Source: an uncultured Actinomycetes bacterium
GTDB lineage: Bacteria > Actinomycetota > Acidimicrobiia > IMCC26256 > JANYLB01
NCBI GenBank assembly: GCA_963829475.1
Contig: CAWHIU010000003.1
Location: forward strand, 17,196 to 81,195
DNA length: 64,000 nt
Direction: 5' to 3'
Under the pieces are notes generated by a model, which was not told the DNA's origin, made no database searches, and saw nothing but the letters and a program-made list of their open reading frames with translations. Shown here piece by piece: positions 59,668 through 64,000 of this stretch. Position 1 is the first letter of the stretch; each line of letters begins with the position of its first letter. A program made the position numbers and the translations under genes.

Positions 59668-60429
59668 CTACGAGGGTGACCAGGTGACCGAGAACTGCTG
59701 ACCGGTGGCGTCGAAGCTCGACGGGGTCGCCTTCATCCCGGCCGGATTGACTCCCGTGATCGGCTCCAGATTCGCGAACGTCCCCAGCGGGAGCCCGTTG
59801 GCACGCGCGTCCGCGAATGACACCGTCGCGAAATTCGCAAGTGGGAGGACGCGGTTCGACGATGAGGGTGCTTCGGCGATGACCTCAGCGGAGGCGGTGC
59901 GAGCCCGCTTGAGCTTTCGAATGGTGCTGAACAACTTGCCCGTGGTGGCGTCGGCGATGGCGAGCATGAAGCGCCCGGCGCCGAGCGACGCAACCGCCGC
60001 TCGATAGACGTGGGACGGGACCACCGCCATGGTGATGAGATGCGCTTGGTGCGGGAACATCTCCCACCACCCGTAGTAGACGGGTCGACCTCCGACGCAG
60101 TCGCCCTCCGTGCCGAGTTGCTCGACGGTCGAGTTGTTGGCGCCGTCGAGGCCAACCCAGAACGACGAGTAGGTGTTGGTCGATCCACACTGGACCGTGG
60201 GTTGTGTCCAACTCGCAGAGACCCTGGTGAACGAGCCCGCCGGCCCGGACGCGGCGTAGCCGGACCAGTTCGTGCTGGTTCCCCGGCGGAAGCGCACGAT
60301 CGGAGACCTGGATGGCGCAGGAGCACTTCCAGTCGCGGCCGACGAGATGCCGCCACACGCGATGGCCGTGGTGACCACGAGCACCAGTCCCGCGATGCAC
60401 CGGCTGCGTGTCAAAGGAACGAGCCGCAT
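59668..60429 (-). CDS. Peptidase family G1/A4 (eqolisin-type glutamic peptidase), secreted or lipoprotein
   Basis: The ATG at 60429 begins a signal peptide (CIAGLVLVVTTAIACGG). Further motifs are TSTNWSGYAA, ASWTQPTV, SSFWVGLDG, VEQLGTE, GWWEMFP and AEVIAEAP. This layout is typical of the A4/G1 beta-sandwich peptidases. Confidence 0.7.
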   Translation of the reverse strand: MRLVPLTRSRCIAGLVLVVTTAIACGGISSAATGSAPAPSRSPIVRFRRGTSTNWSGYAASGPAGSFTRVSASWTQPTVQCGSTNTYSSFWVGLDGANNSTVEQLGTEGDCVGGRPVYYGWWEMFPHQAHLITMAVVPSHVYRAAVASLGAGRFMLAIADATTGKLFSTIRKLKRARTASAEVIAEAPSSSNRVLPLANFATVSFADARANGLPLGTFANLEPITGVNPAGMKATPSSFDATGQQFSVTWSPS

Positions 60430-60585
60430 CTCCACCCCCAAGCCCCCTGGCGCCACCGGCGCTCCGCCGGAACACGATACTCGACCGGCTTGCACCACCA
60501 ACCGGGGACCTTCACCGGTTGTGGAGTCACGTCGCAAACGGATCCCGCGTGCGACGGATCGGCAGCTCTGCTCGTGATGGGTGCG

Positions 60586-60619
60586 GTCGGGGATGCAGTC
60601 GGATCTGCATCCCCGACCG
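60586..60619. terminator. Hairpin downstream of the 60624-61013 membrane protein gene
   Basis: The sequence GGTCGGGGATGCAG-tcggat-CTGCATCCCCGACC forms a perfect 14-bp stem. Confidence 0.75.
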
Positions 60620-60623
60620 ACCG

Positions 60624-61013
60624 CTATATCTCTTCGATCTCGCTGCTGGCGTGGCCTGCAAGCCCGTAGATCACGAGGATGTCGATGACGATCATCGTGA
60701 ACGACCAGAACGGGTAGTGACCGAGATACGCGAACTGGAAGATCAGGTTGACGCTCGCGATCCCGATACCGACGATCCGGGCCCAGGTTGCGCCGGCGAA
60801 GATCCCCAACGCGGCGAGCACCATCAGGATGCCGATGATGAGGGCTACCCAGCCCCACGTCTTGACGTTGTTCGTGATCGGTAGCTCGCCATTGATGTTG
60901 CGCTCGATGTAGTTCGCCTGCGTGATCGCCACGAGTCCATCGAATGCGTTGAGACACCCGCCGATGAACACCATGACGCCGGCGAACGTCCACCAGCTGG
61001 ATCGGATTTCCAT
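60624..61013 (-). CDS. Small hypothetical membrane protein (4 TM)
   Basis: The ORF is an intact 129 aa (SWWTFAGVMVFIGGCLNAFDGLVAI...WGWVALIIGILMVLAALGIF). It resembles small conserved actinobacterial membrane proteins, but I cannot assign a family. Confidence 0.55.
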   Translation of the reverse strand: MEIRSSWWTFAGVMVFIGGCLNAFDGLVAITQANYIERNINGELPITNNVKTWGWVALIIGILMVLAALGIFAGATWARIVGIGIASVNLIFQFAYLGHYPFWSFTMIVIDILVIYGLAGHASSEIEEI

Positions 61014-61152
61014 GAGAGTTGCCCCCTTCGGAGAGTTCCGCCTGAGACGTGTCTACTTGATGACAGGGCGGGGATCCAGGGGTTCTCCGGCAGATCGGCG
61101 CCGCTCGCCGGCGATTGGTGAACGCAGCGACGGGTCAGCACAGAAATGGGCC

Positions 61153-61380
61153 GATCAGCAGTTACGGCGCGGTGCGTGTCCCGCTCGCAGGTGCTGTCTG
61201 CGTGCTGCTTGAAGAGTTGCCACCGATCGGCGCGTGGCAATCGGCGACCTTCCAGCGGCGTTTACGAGGGCGATCAGCAGTGACGGCGCGGTGCGTGTCA
61301 CGCTCGTGGTGCTGTCTGCGTGCTGCTTGAAGAGTTGCCACCGATCGGCGTGTGGCAATCGGCGACCTTCCAGTGGCGTT
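61153..61380. repeat. Tandem duplication of a ~110-nt unit with a 119-nt period, each copy containing two hairpins
   Basis: Copy 1 is 61153-61262 and copy 2 is 61272-61380, about 93% identical. Each contains CAGCA-GTGAC...GTCAC...TGCTG and TTGCCAC-cgatcggcgt-GTGGCAA. The 13-mer gtgacggcgcggt recurs at 62105-62117. Confidence 0.85.
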
Positions 61381-62060
61381 GATGCACCCTGTACTCGACC
61401 CAATTGTCGTTCCCCGCCAACGAGCGCGGGAGGTTGTAGATGGCCTCTGCGTCGCCGCGCTTGGCGGCAACAGATCGGACGTGCACCTTCCGGATCTTGA
61501 TCTGGTCGAGCGGACGATGAAAGTACCGTCTGAGCTGGATTCGCATCGCGCGCAGGTAGATCTCTGCATCTCGTCTGGTGCCGACGGCACCTGAGGGTCG
61601 ACACTCGGGACCCTGCATCTTCTTGATGTCGTCCAGCGTTCCGGTCAGAAAGGCCTTTGACCAGTGTCGTGCAGCAGTCCGGAGATCCTCCGCGTCTGGG
61701 CGCTGCGCACGCTCGCGTCGAGGTCCAAATCGCTCGCGGCAGGGTGCAACGCATCGCTCGCGACAATCGCAAGTCTTTCAAGCGATCGTCGTACGCGTCC
61801 GCGACCGACCATCGATGCACCAACAAATCTCGTCGACCCGTTCGACGAGTCTGGGCCAAGCCCTGGCACATGTTCGCGCGAACGCACTTGCGGCATCCAT
61901 AGCTGGGGGGGTCCCGGACGGCCGAGAGCCAACCTGACTCCTTGTACTACCTTCGACGTCTCGGTCGACGGCATTGCCGTTCCGGGCCTCAGCCTCACCG
62001 GTCAGAACGTCGGTTCCCAGGCGTTCGGCGAAGCGCGCCTCGGCGACATCGCGGCCGCGA
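61381..62060 (-). pseudogene. Degenerate ORF remnant, possibly a decayed tyrosine-recombinase (integrase) gene
   Basis: GC is about 60%, against about 70% for the flanks. No frame stays open. Fragments weakly recall recombinase box I (ERLAIVASDALHPAASDLDLDASV) and box II with the catalytic Tyr (LLHD....LTGTLDDIKKMQGP........T.RDAEIYLRA). The spacing between the two boxes is far too short for an intact enzyme. Confidence 0.3.
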
Positions 62061-62091
62061 CATCGACGTCGTTGCGACCTCGTCGTGTCCG

Positions 62092-62120
62092 CGTGAACTG
62101 CGCCGTGACGGCGCGGTTCA
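62092..62120. terminator. Hairpin downstream of the beta-helix protein gene
   Basis: The sequence is GTGAACTGCGCC-gtga-GGCGCGGTTCAC. It shares the gtgacggcgcggt core with the tandem repeats at 61153-61380. Confidence 0.6.
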
Positions 62121-62127
62121 CGCGTCG

Positions 62128-63186
62128 TCAGAAGTTCTTGGTCTTGTAGAGGTTCGCCGAGAACACGTTCCCCGTGCCCGTACCATCCGAGAAGAGGTCG
62201 GGCTGGTTGCCGAGGATGATGTTGCCGCGGATGAGGTTGTTCACGGGAGGTGTCGGTCCGATCGAGAAGATCGCGACGCCTCCGGAAAACGCGGTGGGCC
62301 CGCCGGGAAGGTTGCTCGTGACGATGTTGCCGCGTGCGGTCACATCGTTCGCGCCCGCGATGGCGATTCCGACGCCGGACACCGGGGGCGTCCCATCGTC
62401 ACCCGGAGGGCACGCCTTGTCGTTGTGCCTGATGAAGTTGCCGGTGACGTTGAACGAGCCGGACGGTCCGGGGCTGTCGGCGAGAAAGAGGATCCCGACG
62501 CAGTTGTCGTGGATACGGTTCCCGACGATCGTGCCGTGCTCCGCGTTGCGCACGAAGATTCCCCAACTGCTTCCCGACGATTCGTTGCCGACGACCGTCG
62601 CGTTCGCCTGGGGTGAGTCGCCCACGTAGATGCCGGCTTCCTCGCCGTTGGTGGCGACGTTGCCGATGATCGTCGTGCCGCTCGAGGAGTTCGCGAAGAT
62701 CCCGTACGCGCCGTCGTCGAGCGCCTTGTTGGCGATGAGACGCGTGCCCATCGTGCCGATCGCGAAGATCCCGATGCCCGAGAAGTTCTTGACCGTGAAG
62801 CCGGAAACGCTCGCGTCGTGGAGGTAGTTGTTCACGATGGGCCCGTCGGGTCCGAAGGAGAGGTCACCGTGCATGCAGATCCCATTGACCACACCGGGGT
62901 GGTCGGGATCCGCGCACGCATTGGGAGTGGGCGCCGCCGGTGGCGTGAGTGTCGCGCCGACGCCGACGAGCCGGATGCCGTTCTTGCCGATGTCGAGGTT
63001 CTCCGCGTGGGAGCCGAAGACGACGATCGTCGCGCCCGGAGCGGCTGCATCGATCGCAGCCTGGATCGATTGGCCCGAATGGACCACGGCTGTGGAAGCA
63101 CCGGCGGGGGTCGCACCCACCGCCGCGAGAGCCATGGACGTTGCCATGGTCACACCGATCGCGAGTGCACGGATTCGGAGATGCAT
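62128..63186 (-). CDS. Secreted right-handed parallel beta-helix repeat protein (NosD/pectate-lyase-like fold)
   Basis: The ORF is an intact 352 aa. It has a signal peptide (AIGVTMATSMALAAVGATPAGA) and repeated G.GI......T.I.GN turns (GIGIFAIG, YGIFANSS, AGIYVGDS, WGIFVRNA, VGILFLAD and GVGIAIAG). Confidence 0.7.
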   Translation of the reverse strand: MHLRIRALAIGVTMATSMALAAVGATPAGASTAVVHSGQSIQAAIDAAAPGATIVVFGSHAENLDIGKNGIRLVGVGATLTPPAAPTPNACADPDHPGVVNGICMHGDLSFGPDGPIVNNYLHDASVSGFTVKNFSGIGIFAIGTMGTRLIANKALDDGAYGIFANSSSGTTIIGNVATNGEEAGIYVGDSPQANATVVGNESSGSSWGIFVRNAEHGTIVGNRIHDNCVGILFLADSPGPSGSFNVTGNFIRHNDKACPPGDDGTPPVSGVGIAIAGANDVTARGNIVTSNLPGGPTAFSGGVAIFSIGPTPPVNNLIRGNIILGNQPDLFSDGTGTGNVFSANLYKTKNF

Positions 63187-63365
63187 GCCGGCCTCCCTGG
63201 AGCGCGTTCAACCCATCCTGATCCGGGCAGAATGCCCCGGCCACGACCGGGCTGCAACCCCCACCCCGACTCTCGGGCGAACCCACACGCGGGTATGGGG
63301 GCGAAAGGTGCAAATCGGGGTGCCAACGGGGCTCGAGGTCTCCGAGCTCCGTGCGAGACTGCGCC

Positions 63366-63854
63366 ATGGACACGTTCCTCTCGCTCGCGCAGGGATACCC
63401 ACGCCGGTCGCTCGAGGCGGGCGACCGATTGATCGTCGACGGTGAAGCGACCGGTTCGCTCTTCGTGCTCATCGAGGGCTCGCTGCGGATCGAGAAGGCC
63501 GGCGTCGCGATCGCAGTGCTCACCGAGCCGGGCGCGTGCGTCGGTGAGATGTCGTTGCTGCTCGACGTGCGGGCGACGGCCGATGTTGTCGCAGGCGACG
63601 GGTCGTCGGTCGTGGCGGTCATCGACGACGCCCGTTCGATCCTGGAGAGCGAACCCGGACTCACCCTCGCTCTCGCGCGCCTCCTCGCCGAGCGGCTCCA
63701 GACGATGACGACGTACCTCGTCGACATCAAGCACCAGTACGCCGACCACGAAGGTGGTCTCGGCATGGTCGACGTCGTGCTCGGAAGCCTGATGCAGCGC
63801 TCTGGAACGCGGAGCGCGCTCGGATCGGTTCGCGACCCAGAGCCCGAGTACTAG
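63366..63854 (+). CDS. Stand-alone cyclic-nucleotide-binding domain protein
   Basis: The ATG at 63366 begins MDTFLSLAQ. The CNB motifs are AGDRLIVDGEATGSLFVLIEGSLRIEK...GACVGEMSLLL. There is no DNA-binding or enzymatic domain. Confidence 0.7.
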   Translation: MDTFLSLAQGYPRRSLEAGDRLIVDGEATGSLFVLIEGSLRIEKAGVAIAVLTEPGACVGEMSLLLDVRATADVVAGDGSSVVAVIDDARSILESEPGLTLALARLLAERLQTMTTYLVDIKHQYADHEGGLGMVDVVLGSLMQRSGTRSALGSVRDPEPEY

Positions 63855-63881
63855 GAACGACTACTCGTCCCGGTTGCTCGT

Positions 63882-64000
63882 TCAGGGGGCCGCGTTGAGT
63901 GGCTGTTCCTCGACGCCGGCCAACGACGACCACACCGCGAGCTCCGCGTCGGTGTCGAGCTCGATTCGCGCCGGAATCGGACCGATCTGGCGCCCCGCGT
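63882..64000 (-). CDS. 3' end of an unidentified gene that continues beyond the window
   Basis: The minus frame reads ...GRQIGPIPARIELDTDAELAVWSSLAGVEEQPLNAAP* and stops at 63884-63882. It is too short to classify. Confidence 0.3.
   Translation of the reverse strand, partial: AGRQIGPIPARIELDTDAELAVWSSLAGVEEQPLNAAP

Noticed and set aside
61153-61380. A CRISPR array, considered here and also for the 822-bp repeats at 577-3042.
   Set aside because: Only two long (~110-nt) units are present, with a 9-nt gap, and there is no repeat-spacer periodicity of 25-40 nt. No cas genes are present. The 822-bp repeats are coding cassettes.

Overview
The window is a ~70% GC chromosomal segment of an actinobacterium (Actinomycetota). 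The lineage call rests on CtaF, QcrCAB, the small ribosomal proteins bS22 and bL37, and an RpfB-position gene; I cannot name the species. Most of it is conserved housekeeping backbone.

**Gene content, in order**
- 1-3494: the 3' part of a very large repetitive surface protein made of Ig-like and DUF4082 cassettes.
- 3.5-5.6 kb: an OmpR-type two-component pair.
- 5.6-13.5 kb: the complete cytochrome bcc-aa3 respiratory locus. ctaG-like, ctaC, ctaD and ctaF lie on the minus strand, divergent from ctaE, qcrC, qcrA and qcrB.
- 13.5-25 kb: an accessory stretch with an MFS exporter, a permease/DUF1980 pair, a deacetylase, a His-rich membrane protein, Crp and a cNMP-binding protein, serC, and a Moco-oxidoreductase/cytochrome b pair.
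- 25-48 kb: a long syntenic block with bL37, a ychF-like gene, DUF192, rsmI, abrB-like, metG, tatD, a yabE/rpfB-like gene, rsmA, ispE, bS22, tRNA-Gln, glmU, prs, a methyltransferase, rplY, pth, mfd, a PPIase, mazG, eno, ftsB, DUF501 and ppx.
- 48-64 kb: a more accessory region with small-molecule enzymes, orn, galE2-like/plsC-like, tRNA-Leu, mop-padR, an aldehyde dehydrogenase, a G1 glutamic peptidase, a repeat-rich lower-GC patch with a possible recombinase remnant, and a secreted beta-helix protein.

**Dominant technical observation.** About 27 protein genes, including essential single-copy ones, can only be read as full-length proteins by changing frame one or more times. I interpret this as assembly indel noise rather than biology. 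Those genes are labelled pseudogene as-is, and their internal frameshift positions are approximate.

**Novelty.** I found no convincing defence, CRISPR, prophage or biosynthetic system. The most interesting items are:
- the cassette-built DUF4082 protein;
- a dispersed ~70-nt palindromic element, present in two copies;
- a 119-bp tandem duplication next to the recombinase-like remnant;
- a candidate c-di-AMP riboswitch upstream of the yabE/rpfB-like gene;
- a YchF homologue with a destroyed P-loop;
- an unlisted 28-codon bL37 gene.

All calls come from reading the sequence and the ORF track by eye. No searches were run.
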